The notes below the pieces were generated by a model. It was given only the letters and a program-made list of their open reading frames with translations, did no database searches and was not told where the DNA came from. From the NCBI GenBank assembly GCA_030599585.1, contig JAUVNS010000012.1, forward strand, positions 1-64,000: a stretch of DNA of 64,000 nucleotides, read 5' to 3'. This document shows, piece after piece, positions 47,794 through 57,581 of this stretch (its first letter is position 1; each line of letters begins with the position of its first letter). A program made the translations under genes and the position numbers. The stretch comes from Promethearchaeota archaeon. Lineage in GTDB: Archaea; Asgardarchaeota; Lokiarchaeia; Sigyniarchaeales; SOKP01.

Positions 47794-48285
47794 ATGGATC
47801 TAATAAAAGGGTATGCGTATATTCTAGGTGATGACATTAGCACTGACGATATCGTTCCAAGTCATACTCTGACGATGAGAGATTCTAATGACATGGTTAA
47901 ACACACCTTAGAATTCTTAGACCCGCATTTTTCCAAAAATGTTGACAAAGGAAATATCATTTTCGCAGGAGAAAACTTTGGAACGGGTAGTTCCCGCGAA
48001 GAAGCTGTCCATGTCTTTAAACTTTTGGGTATTAAGGCTGTTGTTGCTCGATCTTTTGCTAGAATATATTTTAGAAATCTTATAAATAGCGGTATACCAG
48101 CTATTAGTTTGAAATGGAACTTAAACCAGTTTGTTAAAGAGGATGTCATAGAAATTTTATTGCTAAAAGGACTTATTATTAACAAATCACAAAATACCAC
48201 TCTTAACTTTGAAAAAATTCCAGAATTTTTAATGGATATATTGGAGAACGATGGTGTAATTAACCAACTAAAAAAAATCCTTTAA
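47794..48285 (+). CDS. leuD: 3-isopropylmalate dehydratase/homoaconitase small subunit
   Basis: DDISTDDIVP, NFGTGSSREEA, SFARIYFRN. Confidence 0.88.
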   Translation: MDLIKGYAYILGDDISTDDIVPSHTLTMRDSNDMVKHTLEFLDPHFSKNVDKGNIIFAGENFGTGSSREEAVHVFKLLGIKAVVARSFARIYFRNLINSGIPAISLKWNLNQFVKEDVIEILLLKGLIINKSQNTTLNFEKIPEFLMDILENDGVINQLKKIL

Positions 48286-48291
48286 TAACCA

Positions 48292-48828
48292 CTATTTTGT
48301 TAGATTTTCTATTTCTTTTTGAATAGTAGCAATTCTTTCTTTAGCTTTAATAAGTATCTGAGTCTTTCCATATTTGGAAAACCACTTTTCAAACCTCTGT
48401 TCTATCGAAACATCCTTTGTACCAGATATATGTTTATCAGCAAGACAAATGATCTTTTCTTCAAGAGTTAATGGCATGTAATCTCTTTCAGGTAACCCTA
48501 CTTGTTTGGCATCTTCTTTATCTAATCCTCCTAACATGTGAGTCTCGCAAATTCTCGCAAGACGCTTTGAAAAACCTCTTTCTTTTAGGATATTAGCTCC
48601 AATTATACCATGCTTGAAATCATGAGTTTTAGATCTACCAATATCGTGCAATATTCCTCCAATTTCAATTAAATCTTTATCAATGTCTTTATCATCTATT
48701 TTATCTGCTATTTCTAACGCTTTTTCCGCAACCTTTAACGAATGACGCCTTACATGATAGGAAACTTTTAATATTTTTAACAAATCAAAAGCAAAATCGC
48801 TGTTAGGTAGAGTTTCTTCACTTGCCAT
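48292..48828 (-). CDS. HD-domain phosphohydrolase (HDIG)
   Basis: HSLKV, LHDIGRS, EEKIICLADK. Confidence 0.88.
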   Translation of the reverse strand: MASEETLPNSDFAFDLLKILKVSYHVRRHSLKVAEKALEIADKIDDKDIDKDLIEIGGILHDIGRSKTHDFKHGIIGANILKERGFSKRLARICETHMLGGLDKEDAKQVGLPERDYMPLTLEEKIICLADKHISGTKDVSIEQRFEKWFSKYGKTQILIKAKERIATIQKEIENLTK

Positions 48829-48939
48829 TAATCTTTAAGAATTAATTATTTACTTTAAGGTTTAGTTATTCAATTGAGCGTTATATATAATTCGACAATT
48901 AAAAAATAGTATGGATGAATTCAAGAAAAATGATATTTT

Positions 48940-49434
48940 TTAGTAAACTTCTTCATACGGTCCGCTAATAAAACCTCCTAACAAACCTCCAATAACAGCT
49001 CCTAAAATAGCGCTTAAAATTCCACCAACTGTCACAAAAAGCTGAGCTCCTTGAAATAGAGCCATTAAATCTTCTCCAGAGATAACGCTTAATAACATCC
49101 AAATTAAAAATCCAATGATAATTACTAAGCTACTTGCGATAACACCTCTTTTTAAGCCTTTAGAAATAGTACCGCTCACATAACCGATAAAAATACAAGC
49201 TAAAACTTGTGGAGCAAAAAATTCTGTAATGGAGGGAGTTCCTGTAAAAAAAGCAAGTAAATCAAATTTAAAGTTCGCTCCTATTTGTAAAATGATTACT
49301 TTTAATATATCAGTTTGTAAATAAATCTGTATTTGAATAATAGTGGCTTCCATATTAAAAAAGAAAACTGTGAAAAAGCTAAACACTATACCAACAATTA
49401 TACCTAACACTAACCGATACGAAACCATTTTCAA
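48940..49434 (-). CDS. Small multi-TM membrane protein
   Basis: 4 TM helices with Gly-rich GxxxG runs. Confidence 0.75.
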   Translation of the reverse strand: MKMVSYRLVLGIIVGIVFSFFTVFFFNMEATIIQIQIYLQTDILKVIILQIGANFKFDLLAFFTGTPSITEFFAPQVLACIFIGYVSGTISKGLKRGVIASSLVIIIGFLIWMLLSVISGEDLMALFQGAQLFVTVGGILSAILGAVIGGLLGGFISGPYEEVY

Positions 49435-49611
49435 TTACCATATTAGAATTATTAGAGACTAATAATAATCTTAATAATTGTGATGTATTAAATCTTTAGT
49501 TATAAGAGAATTAAAGGAATGCTTTTAATAAAATATTAAAATTATGACGTTTTATTTAATTTATCACGATTATATTTGATATACTAAATCGCTTACTTTA
49601 GGTTATTTATT

Positions 49612-50502
49612 TTGGCTAAAAAAAAGAAAAAGACCGATTCTAACGAGGATTCTGAAATAGAAAAAGAGGATAATAACACCTCAGATTTAGAAAAAGAATT
49701 CGAAAAAGAATTTGAGGAAGATTTTGAAGATGAATTGGATTTAGAAGAGGAACTTGATTTACTCGATACAGATGATATGGACGCTGAGGTTGGAGAAATC
49801 GAAAAGATTGTCGATAAAGACGAAGCAAAAAAACAGTTATACCTAAGTACTGGTATCCACATTGGAACTAAGTTATTATCTGGTGATGCTAGGCGATTTA
49901 TTTATAGACAAACCAATTACGGGTTGTACGTAATAGACTTAACTCAAACCGACGAACGCCTTCTCACAGCTGCTAAATTTCTTAGTAAATATGTGGAAGA
50001 AGGTAGCGATAAAATAATTGTCTCATCCGTTAGAAGATACGGAAAAGAACCCGTGAAAAAATTTTGTAAAGTGCTCGGGTGTCGAGCAATTACCGAACGG
50101 TTTATTCCTGGATCTTTGACAAATCCTATGATCGAAGATTACATTAAAGACGCATCGGTTGTAGTCATCGTTGATCCTCACGCTGATAAAGTTATCTTAA
50201 GGGAAGCCAAGTTGGCTCGAATTCCTGTAGTATCATTGTTTGATACTGACGATATCCTTGACGGTATCGACCTCGCAATTCCCGCAAATAATCGAGGGAA
50301 AAAAGCTTTAGGACTCGCTTTTTGGTTTTTGGCGAGACAGATTTTGCTGGAATTGGGTAAAATTTCAAGCGAAGACGATTTTCCTTACACGTTGGAAGAA
50401 TTCACTTCAAAAATCGTACCGGTTTATCGTCAAGAGAACGCACCACCGCAACGACAGTCAAGATCGCCAAGATCGTCAAGATCGTCAAGATCGTCAAGAT
50501 AG
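49612..50502 (+). CDS. rps2: 30S ribosomal protein uS2 with acidic N-terminal and Arg/Ser C-terminal extensions
   Basis: YLSTGIHIGTK, RFIPGSLTNP, IPANNRGKKALG. Confidence 0.96.
   Translation: MAKKKKKTDSNEDSEIEKEDNNTSDLEKEFEKEFEEDFEDELDLEEELDLLDTDDMDAEVGEIEKIVDKDEAKKQLYLSTGIHIGTKLLSGDARRFIYRQTNYGLYVIDLTQTDERLLTAAKFLSKYVEEGSDKIIVSSVRRYGKEPVKKFCKVLGCRAITERFIPGSLTNPMIEDYIKDASVVVIVDPHADKVILREAKLARIPVVSLFDTDDILDGIDLAIPANNRGKKALGLAFWFLARQILLELGKISSEDDFPYTLEEFTSKIVPVYRQENAPPQRQSRSPRSSRSSRSSR
50458..50500 (+). repeat. 9-bp tandem repeat (TCAAGATCG, about 4.8 copies) encoding SRS/PRS units
   Basis: tcaagatcg ccaagatcg tcaagatcg tcaagatcg tcaagat at the 3' end of rps2. Confidence 0.9.
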
Positions 50503-50672
50503 TATAACGCAGTTATAATTTTATTGTTTAATTACCTATAAGTAATTTTATAAATTTGCTTCTCTTTTTTATTTGATTTCTTTCCCTTCTTTATATTCTA
50601 TGCTTATCACATTTTTAATCAATCTTTTATTTTCATTAATTAGAGAAGTTTTATATCAAATGTGAAACGATT

Positions 50673-51449
50673 ATGAAAAAAATTATAGCCTTTGCCGGAA
50701 AAGGGGGAGTTGGTAAAACAACAAGCTTGGTTCTTCTTTTAAAATATATCCTTGAAAAAAAAAGAGAACAAGATATTCTTGTTATTGACTCAGATCCGGA
50801 TGCGAATGTTGCGGATGTAATTGGTGAAGAAGTAAAATTCTGCGACACTATTGGAGGAAAAATGAAGGTTTTAAAAGATAAAATTCAAAGTTTGAAATTG
50901 TCACCTAACACTCCTAAAAATCAATTGATTGAGTCTGATGTTTACAATTGTTTGATTGAAATGGACGAGTTTGATCTATTAGAAATGGGTAGACAAGAAG
51001 GAGAGGGGTGCTATTGCTTTATCAATGACGTTCTTAAGCGGGTAATTGATACTCTTTCTCAAAACTACGACATAACCCTTTTAGACTCACCAGCTGGATT
51101 GGAACATTTCGCTCGTAAAACTGGTCGTGATGTCACTGACCTTGTAATCGTGTCGGACGCTTCAAAAATGGGGATTCATACTATGAAACGAATTTTAGAG
51201 ATAATAGCCGAATTAACGCTTAAATTTGAGCGTATATGGATATTAGGAAATCGCTTCCCAGAGGATTTAAAGAATATTTTAGCAGAAGAAGTTAAAAATT
51301 TAAATGATGACCGCGTTAAATTGCTTGGATTCATATCTAATAACGAGGAGATTAGTAAGATTAACATAATTGGTGGTAATTTAATTGATTTACCCGAAGA
51401 AAACTCATCCTATCAAGAAGCTAAAAAGATTTTTGCTAATATAATTTAG
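50673..51449 (+). CDS. cooC: CooC/AcsF-type nickel-insertion ATPase
   Basis: GKGGVGKTT, IDSDPDAN, GEGCYC, AGLEHF. Confidence 0.88.
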   Translation: MKKIIAFAGKGGVGKTTSLVLLLKYILEKKREQDILVIDSDPDANVADVIGEEVKFCDTIGGKMKVLKDKIQSLKLSPNTPKNQLIESDVYNCLIEMDEFDLLEMGRQEGEGCYCFINDVLKRVIDTLSQNYDITLLDSPAGLEHFARKTGRDVTDLVIVSDASKMGIHTMKRILEIIAELTLKFERIWILGNRFPEDLKNILAEEVKNLNDDRVKLLGFISNNEEISKINIIGGNLIDLPEENSSYQEAKKIFANII

Positions 51450-51585
51450 GTCTTAAATTTTCATTATTAAAGAGGATTGTAGTAAAATGATTATACATAT
51501 TTAGAAAGATGTTAAACATACAAAAATATTAAAAAGAACTGTATAATTTTAACTTCATGATTAATACCTTTTTGTCGAAATAGAA

Positions 51586-52917
51586 ATGAGGAAAAATACT
51601 CAAAAAAAATTAATTTTACTATCTTTATGCTTTATTATTATTTTCATAATTGTCAATGATAGGAATTTCTCAAATTATTCTCTGATTTATTATAAAGATA
51701 TTGATGAAAGCATTATTGCTAACAAGCCTAAAACTTCCGATTATTTGGAATTAGATCCCTTTATTATTCGTGATGGTGGTATAGGCCCTAGAGATTATAC
51801 TTGGGCAGGAGCTGCAAGCGAACCATGGTGTTCTGGAGGAGGTACTAAGAATAATCCCTATATCATTTCAAATATCATTATAAACGGTCAAACACAGGAG
51901 CTAAGTTGTATAAGAATTGCAACATCAACTGTTTTTTTTAAGATTGAAGATTGTATATTTTATAATTCTAGACATGTAGGCTACGCCGGAATTATGTTAA
52001 GCCATGTTTTAAATGGAGAAATAGTTAACAATAAATGTTTTAGTAATACAGTTGGAATAAGAATAGAAGATTCAGATAATATCAACATTACTAATAACAT
52101 AATCACCGATAATGAGTATGGTATAATGACGTTTGATTCTTCGCAAGTTGATATCTTATTTAATAATGCTTCAAATAACGATTATGGTAGTGGGATACGT
52201 GCATCTAATGGTGATTCTTATAATATTAGCGGAAATATAGCAAATAACAATCATTATGGTTTATCTGTGAGTAATTCAAACAACATTTTAATGGAAAATA
52301 ATTATGCCAAAGCTAATTACTATGGAGTCGGGATTTACTCAACTTTTTATAGCGTTGTATTCAATAATACAATCTTAAATAGTTATACTGGCATTGATTT
52401 TATGCATAGCGATAATAATGTTATCTCTGCTTGTGATATACAGAATAATTCCTATGGCGGCGGATTAGATATGTACGAATCCTTCAATAATAATTTTACC
52501 TTCAATAAGTTCTCTTACAATAACCCTGCCATACACCTGAGTTCGTGCGATTCAAATACCTTTGAACAAAATACTCTAATCTCAAATGAAAATCTGGCAG
52601 AAGGCGGCGCTGCAATAGCACTCTTCCAAAGTAGCTACAATCAATTTATTAGAAATACCTTACGAGACCACTCAACAGGGATATCACTATCGTACCAATC
52701 CAATAATAATACCTTCCTTAAAAATAACTTGTTTAATAATAGAGTATGCATTAGATGGGATACATCCTGTTTAGGTAATGTCTTTATCGATAATGTTTGT
52801 GGATATGATATACCAACAATTCTAGGATATAATCTATTCTTATTGCTTGGTATTCTATCCATTGCTGCATTCATTATTTACACAAAAAATAAGAAATCAA
52901 GGAATATTATTGCCTAA
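51586..52917 (+). CDS. NosD/CASH parallel beta-helix surface protein with C-terminal anchor
   Basis: Signal/TM, WCSGGGTKNNPYII, repeated N-N-x-x-GI motifs, ILGYNLFLLLG-TM-basic tail. Confidence 0.85.
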   Translation: MRKNTQKKLILLSLCFIIIFIIVNDRNFSNYSLIYYKDIDESIIANKPKTSDYLELDPFIIRDGGIGPRDYTWAGAASEPWCSGGGTKNNPYIISNIIINGQTQELSCIRIATSTVFFKIEDCIFYNSRHVGYAGIMLSHVLNGEIVNNKCFSNTVGIRIEDSDNINITNNIITDNEYGIMTFDSSQVDILFNNASNNDYGSGIRASNGDSYNISGNIANNNHYGLSVSNSNNILMENNYAKANYYGVGIYSTFYSVVFNNTILNSYTGIDFMHSDNNVISACDIQNNSYGGGLDMYESFNNNFTFNKFSYNNPAIHLSSCDSNTFEQNTLISNENLAEGGAAIALFQSSYNQFIRNTLRDHSTGISLSYQSNNNTFLKNNLFNNRVCIRWDTSCLGNVFIDNVCGYDIPTILGYNLFLLLGILSIAAFIIYTKNKKSRNIIA

Positions 52918-52926
52918 TATTCCATG

Positions 52927-53580
52927 TTATAAAAATTCATTAAGCTTCTTATTACGAAAATGTTTTTCTACTCCATTTCGCATTCCAGGCAATTCAAAGC
53001 ACTGATCCGGGATCATTTTCTTGAAATATTGCTTGTTCTCTCTTTCAGTTATGAATTGAGATTTGTATAGTGTTTCGAATATCTCTTCACCGGAAAATTG
53101 GATATCTTCGAAGTAAGGTACTATCTGACGCTTCTCACTAACAATTTCTACTACTTTTTTTAAAGGTTGATGAAATTCGCGAATTCTTCCTTTTTCATCT
53201 ATTATCCATGTTTTATGTGATTGTTCGTTATACAAACAAATAACGCATTGTGGCCACCTTTCATGAAAATAGACCAAAACGAGATCGATAACGTTATGCT
53301 TGAGCGATACAACTCCGAATAATACCCCACGATTGTTAATTTCCGTTCGCGTAAATTGTTTTGCCCGGTAAGCTTCAGTGAATACCTCTCGCATCATTTT
53401 ATTAATTTTTTTTGCCATTTGAGTTCCAGAATTACGTAAAATCGCTTCGGGAATCATCGTTATTTGTTGCTTTAACACTGGAGAATATCGAGAATGACGG
53501 TGAAGATTATTTATCAACTCTTCATGTGAATATCCTTTAGCACATCCAATGACTTCCAAAGGATCCTTTTTTTTTGCCAT
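52927..53580 (-). CDS. DUF4130-like partner of the DNA-modification radical SAM protein
   Basis: EAYRAKQFTR, HNVIDL..YFHERWP, YKSQFITEREN..KMIP; 5 nt downstream of the radical SAM gene. Confidence 0.75.
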   Translation of the reverse strand: MAKKKDPLEVIGCAKGYSHEELINNLHRHSRYSPVLKQQITMIPEAILRNSGTQMAKKINKMMREVFTEAYRAKQFTRTEINNRGVLFGVVSLKHNVIDLVLVYFHERWPQCVICLYNEQSHKTWIIDEKGRIREFHQPLKKVVEIVSEKRQIVPYFEDIQFSGEEIFETLYKSQFITERENKQYFKKMIPDQCFELPGMRNGVEKHFRNKKLNEFL

Positions 53581-53585
53581 TTTCC

Positions 53586-54914
53586 TCAGAAAATTTCTTT
53601 TATTTGTATTTCCTTATAATCTTCGTTAGAAAAGTTATGAAGAGTAGATTGAGTACGACCATCTATCAAGATGTAAGGATCTGCTCTCTTTAACACAACC
53701 CCCACAGCTCTTAAATCCTGTCTACGCTTAAAAACGAACTTTTGAGCTCGCAAATTGATTATTCTTTTAGCTGAAATTGGCCCAATTCCTGGAACTCGGA
53801 GTAATTCTTGGTAGGAGGCTTCGTTTGGGTTCACGCGCCTATGCTGCTTAAAATATTCCCTTGCCAGATGTATTTTTGGATCTCCCTTAGGTAAATTCCC
53901 TTCTTCTGTTACTACTCCTTCTAAATCTTTAAGTTTAAAATGGTAGATTCGCATTAACCAATCGCTCTGATACAATCTATGTTCTCTTTCTAAAGGCGCA
54001 GCTTGTCTATTTCCTAATGGGGTACCTTCGATCGGGATGAAGGAGGAAAAATACGCTCTCCTTAAATCAATTTTTTTATATCCCCAATCAATTCGTTTAA
54101 GTAACTCCAAATCTGTTTCGTGTTCTGCCGCTCCGACAACAAATTGAGTCGTCTGACCACAATTGAGTATTGGAGCTCCATCCCATCGGAATTTTTTATA
54201 TCCGTCACTACGTCGCTCCTTAATCATATTTTCTTGTTCTCTCAATTGGTTGTCTTCTTTTAAATCTTTCATAACTTTGAGGGCTTCTTCATTATGTCTA
54301 ATCCGAATCTGTTTTAACCACCGTTGTCGAGTTATTATATCATTGTAAAAATCTTTTTGTTCTGCGATTTCAGAAAGGTGATCTTTTGTGGAAGCTTCCG
54401 TATTAATTGAGATGCGATCAGAAAGAGATACTGCTTCTCTAATCAGAGATTGACTTACACCCGGTAGAGCCTTAAAATGTACATATCCACCGAAGTTATA
54501 CTTAAATCGAAGAAGTCTTATCGTTTCGAGCATTTCTTCTGTAGTTTGGTCAGCACTGCCACAAACTGCTGAAGATATGAACACGCCTTCCACCACATTC
54601 ATTGAATATAGTTTCATGAATGTACGGGCATATTCCTCTGGAGTGAAACTCATTTTACGCTTACAATTATGCGAAAAACAATACTTACAATTATATATGC
54701 ATTTATTAGTATATAGCGTTTTAAATAAACTCATACATCGACCATCAGGCGTGTAACTATGGCAAATTCCCGCGCTTATCGTGTTTCCGATCGACTTTTT
54801 TGGATCTCCAAAAAGATTTGGATATTTTTCAGTACGACTAGAGGCAGTACTAGCACATATATCGTATTTCGAATTTTCTCCTAAAACTCTAATCTTTTCT
54901 AAAGTAGATGGCAT
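53586..54914 (-). CDS. Putative DNA modification/repair radical SAM protein with HhH
   Basis: SKYDICAS, GICHSYTPDGRC, CIYNCKYC, REHRLYQSDWL, LLRVPGIG. Confidence 0.9.
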   Translation of the reverse strand: MPSTLEKIRVLGENSKYDICASTASSRTEKYPNLFGDPKKSIGNTISAGICHSYTPDGRCMSLFKTLYTNKCIYNCKYCFSHNCKRKMSFTPEEYARTFMKLYSMNVVEGVFISSAVCGSADQTTEEMLETIRLLRFKYNFGGYVHFKALPGVSQSLIREAVSLSDRISINTEASTKDHLSEIAEQKDFYNDIITRQRWLKQIRIRHNEEALKVMKDLKEDNQLREQENMIKERRSDGYKKFRWDGAPILNCGQTTQFVVGAAEHETDLELLKRIDWGYKKIDLRRAYFSSFIPIEGTPLGNRQAAPLEREHRLYQSDWLMRIYHFKLKDLEGVVTEEGNLPKGDPKIHLAREYFKQHRRVNPNEASYQELLRVPGIGPISAKRIINLRAQKFVFKRRQDLRAVGVVLKRADPYILIDGRTQSTLHNFSNEDYKEIQIKEIF

Positions 54915-55137
54915 TCTATTAATCCATTAAGAAAAGTAATTTATCTTTAAATTGCATATAAGTTAAAATCTTGAGATTTTCCTTATAAAAAGAGGGGGAT
55001 GTAGAATTTTCAATAATATTTTAGTAAATAATAAAAAAATATCTTTATTTTATTCTCTATTCTTTAGCAAACTAAAATCTATTTTTAGTTTATCAAATTA
55101 TATTTAATAAAAATCAATGGATTAAACAGAATTTAAA

Positions 55138-56955
55138 ATGTCTAAGTATACCGGTGGAGAGATTATCTCCAAATATTTGATAAAGGAGGGGATAAAGTAT
55201 GTTATCGGAATCCCTGGCCACGGAAATCTTCCGCTTGTAGATGCTTTCTTCAAAGATAAGGATAAAATTCAATTAATTCAACCCAAGCAAGAAATGTCTG
55301 GAGTTCATCTCGCAGTGGGATATTACAGAATCACTGGAAAGCCTTTATGTGTTTTCACATCAATTGGGCCTGGTGCAATTAATACCGCTATTGGAGTTGC
55401 CGATGCATACGTAGATTCATTTCCTTGTCTAATAATTACCGGAGATACGCACGTACACATGAGAGGTAAAGGTGTTCTCCAAGAGATCGAAAGAAAAAAA
55501 AATTCAAGCATGCCCAAAATTTTAGAACCTATAGTAAAGCGTAGTTTTGAAGTTGATACAGTTGGCCAACTACCTACAATAATGCAAAGAGCTTTTAATT
55601 ACATGCTAACTGGGAGAAAAGGTCCAGTACACATTGATCTTCCCATGGACGTACAAGCAAATAGTATTGATATTGAAATCCCTTTACCATTAGAACGAAG
55701 ATCCTCGGGAAGGATTATGGGAGACCTTAAAACTATTAAAAAAGCTGCAAACTTACTAAAAAGTGCTAAAAGACCCGTTTTATTTATTGGTGGAGGTGCA
55801 ATAGCTTCGAATTCTGGTGAAGAAGTAAAACTTCTAGCTGAAAAAATAGGTGCTGCCGTAGTTGTTACGATGATGGGAAAAGATATTATAGACAACTCGC
55901 ATCCCCTATATTGTTGGTCATCGGGCTCAAAGGGCACTACAATAGGATTAAACATGTCATCAAAAGCAGATCTAATTCTTGCTTTAGGTTGTAGATTTGC
56001 TGACGAAACAGCTAGTTCGTATAGACAAGGCATAAGTTTTTCTATACCTCCCTCAAAATTAATCCACATAGACATAGACCCACATGAGATTGGCAAAAAT
56101 TACCCCGTATCTGTTGGAATCGTAGGGGATGCAAAAGCATGTTTACGACAGATTTTACACGAATTAAGCAATTATTCAATCGATTACAAGAGGACCGACT
56201 ACTTTAAGGAAATGCAAGAAGAAAAAAAGAAATGGTTTGAATTTCTAGATAGCTATAGAGACGACTCTAAAGTCCCTGTAATGATAACAACCGTTTTAAG
56301 AGAAATTCGCAAATTTTTCGATCGCGACGCTGTAATTGTAACAAGTTCTGGAAATGTTCAAGCTCAGATGCTGCAAGAACTAGAATTTTACGAACCTAAT
56401 ACTTGTTTAACCGCTGGAGGTTTTTCAACAATGGGATATAGCGTTCCTGCAGCAATAGGCGCAAAATTGGGCTCTATAGATATCGGAAAACAAGATAGAC
56501 AAGTAGTAGCTCTCGTAGGGGATGGCGATTTCATGATGACCATATCAGAAATATCAATGGCAGTACAACTTGGATTGGATAAAATCTTTTTTATTGTCTT
56601 GAATAACCATGGCTGGATTGCTATTAAAGACTTACAGCAAGCTGCCTTTGGGGAGGATAGAGGGTATGGGACCGCTTTCGAAGATAATAACGGCAATACT
56701 TACTCTCCAGATTTCGCTAAAATTGGTGAAGCATTTGGTTGCTACGCTGAAAAAATTTCAAAGAAAGAAGAAATTGTCCCGACTTTAGAAAGAGCATCTA
56801 AATCTGGAAAGCCATCTGTTATTGAAATTGAAGTTCAAAGACAATACCCTCATACAGGATCTCCTGCTGTAGGTTGGTGGGATGTACCAAGACCCGCTTA
56901 TTTAGAAGAGCGTAGAAAACAATATGAAGAAGAAATAAAAGAAGAAAAACTGTAA
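55138..56955 (+). CDS. ilvB: TPP-dependent enzyme, acetolactate synthase large-subunit family
   Basis: GIPGHGN, SIGPGAIN, GPVHIDLP, GDGDFMM..NN. Exact substrate uncertain. Confidence 0.75.
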   Translation: MSKYTGGEIISKYLIKEGIKYVIGIPGHGNLPLVDAFFKDKDKIQLIQPKQEMSGVHLAVGYYRITGKPLCVFTSIGPGAINTAIGVADAYVDSFPCLIITGDTHVHMRGKGVLQEIERKKNSSMPKILEPIVKRSFEVDTVGQLPTIMQRAFNYMLTGRKGPVHIDLPMDVQANSIDIEIPLPLERRSSGRIMGDLKTIKKAANLLKSAKRPVLFIGGGAIASNSGEEVKLLAEKIGAAVVVTMMGKDIIDNSHPLYCWSSGSKGTTIGLNMSSKADLILALGCRFADETASSYRQGISFSIPPSKLIHIDIDPHEIGKNYPVSVGIVGDAKACLRQILHELSNYSIDYKRTDYFKEMQEEKKKWFEFLDSYRDDSKVPVMITTVLREIRKFFDRDAVIVTSSGNVQAQMLQELEFYEPNTCLTAGGFSTMGYSVPAAIGAKLGSIDIGKQDRQVVALVGDGDFMMTISEISMAVQLGLDKIFFIVLNNHGWIAIKDLQQAAFGEDRGYGTAFEDNNGNTYSPDFAKIGEAFGCYAEKISKKEEIVPTLERASKSGKPSVIEIEVQRQYPHTGSPAVGWWDVPRPAYLEERRKQYEEEIKEEKL

Positions 56956-56967
56956 AAGTGATATCTT

Positions 56968-57531
56968 ATGCCAGCTATCGAAATTAAATATGAAGAGATA
57001 TTTTTTGATCCTAAAGTTCAAACTATGTGTATTTCACCCAGTTTTACTTGTCCACATTACAACCATTCTCATAGTTGTCCACCATCTGTCCCTTATTTAG
57101 AACAAGAAATTTCTAACTATAACAAGTTTTATTTGATATATTCGAGATTTAATTTGGCAGAATACATCAAAGAAAAAAAAGAAAAACATCCAAAACGCAG
57201 CGAGCAGAGAATAAAATATTTTTTTTACATGAATAATCTCTATAAGGAAGATTTGAAAAAAGAAGTCGAGAATTTTGTAAACGATCTTGCAGATGAACCC
57301 AAAGAAATGCTGTTATTATTCGATGGAACATGTAGAATTTGTTTAAACGACCAAGATAAGGGATGTACGTTTGATAGTGGGAAACTATGCCGGTATCCTG
57401 ACAAAAAAATGATCTCAATGGAAGCTATCGGGATTGAAGTTATCAGAACCGTAGCTAAGTTGCCAAATAGAGATTTTGAATACCCCTCGAAAACATATTC
57501 ATATCGGTTTGGTTTAGTTTGTATTAAGTAA
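56968..57531 (+). CDS. DUF2284-like Cys-rich metal-binding protein
   Basis: C..CPHYN..SCPP, CRIC..C..CRYP..SMEAIGI. Confidence 0.8.
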   Translation: MPAIEIKYEEIFFDPKVQTMCISPSFTCPHYNHSHSCPPSVPYLEQEISNYNKFYLIYSRFNLAEYIKEKKEKHPKRSEQRIKYFFYMNNLYKEDLKKEVENFVNDLADEPKEMLLLFDGTCRICLNDQDKGCTFDSGKLCRYPDKKMISMEAIGIEVIRTVAKLPNRDFEYPSKTYSYRFGLVCIK

Positions 57532-57581
57532 TGATTATAAAATTCGATAATAAGAAATTCAATACTGTACTATTAAATTGA

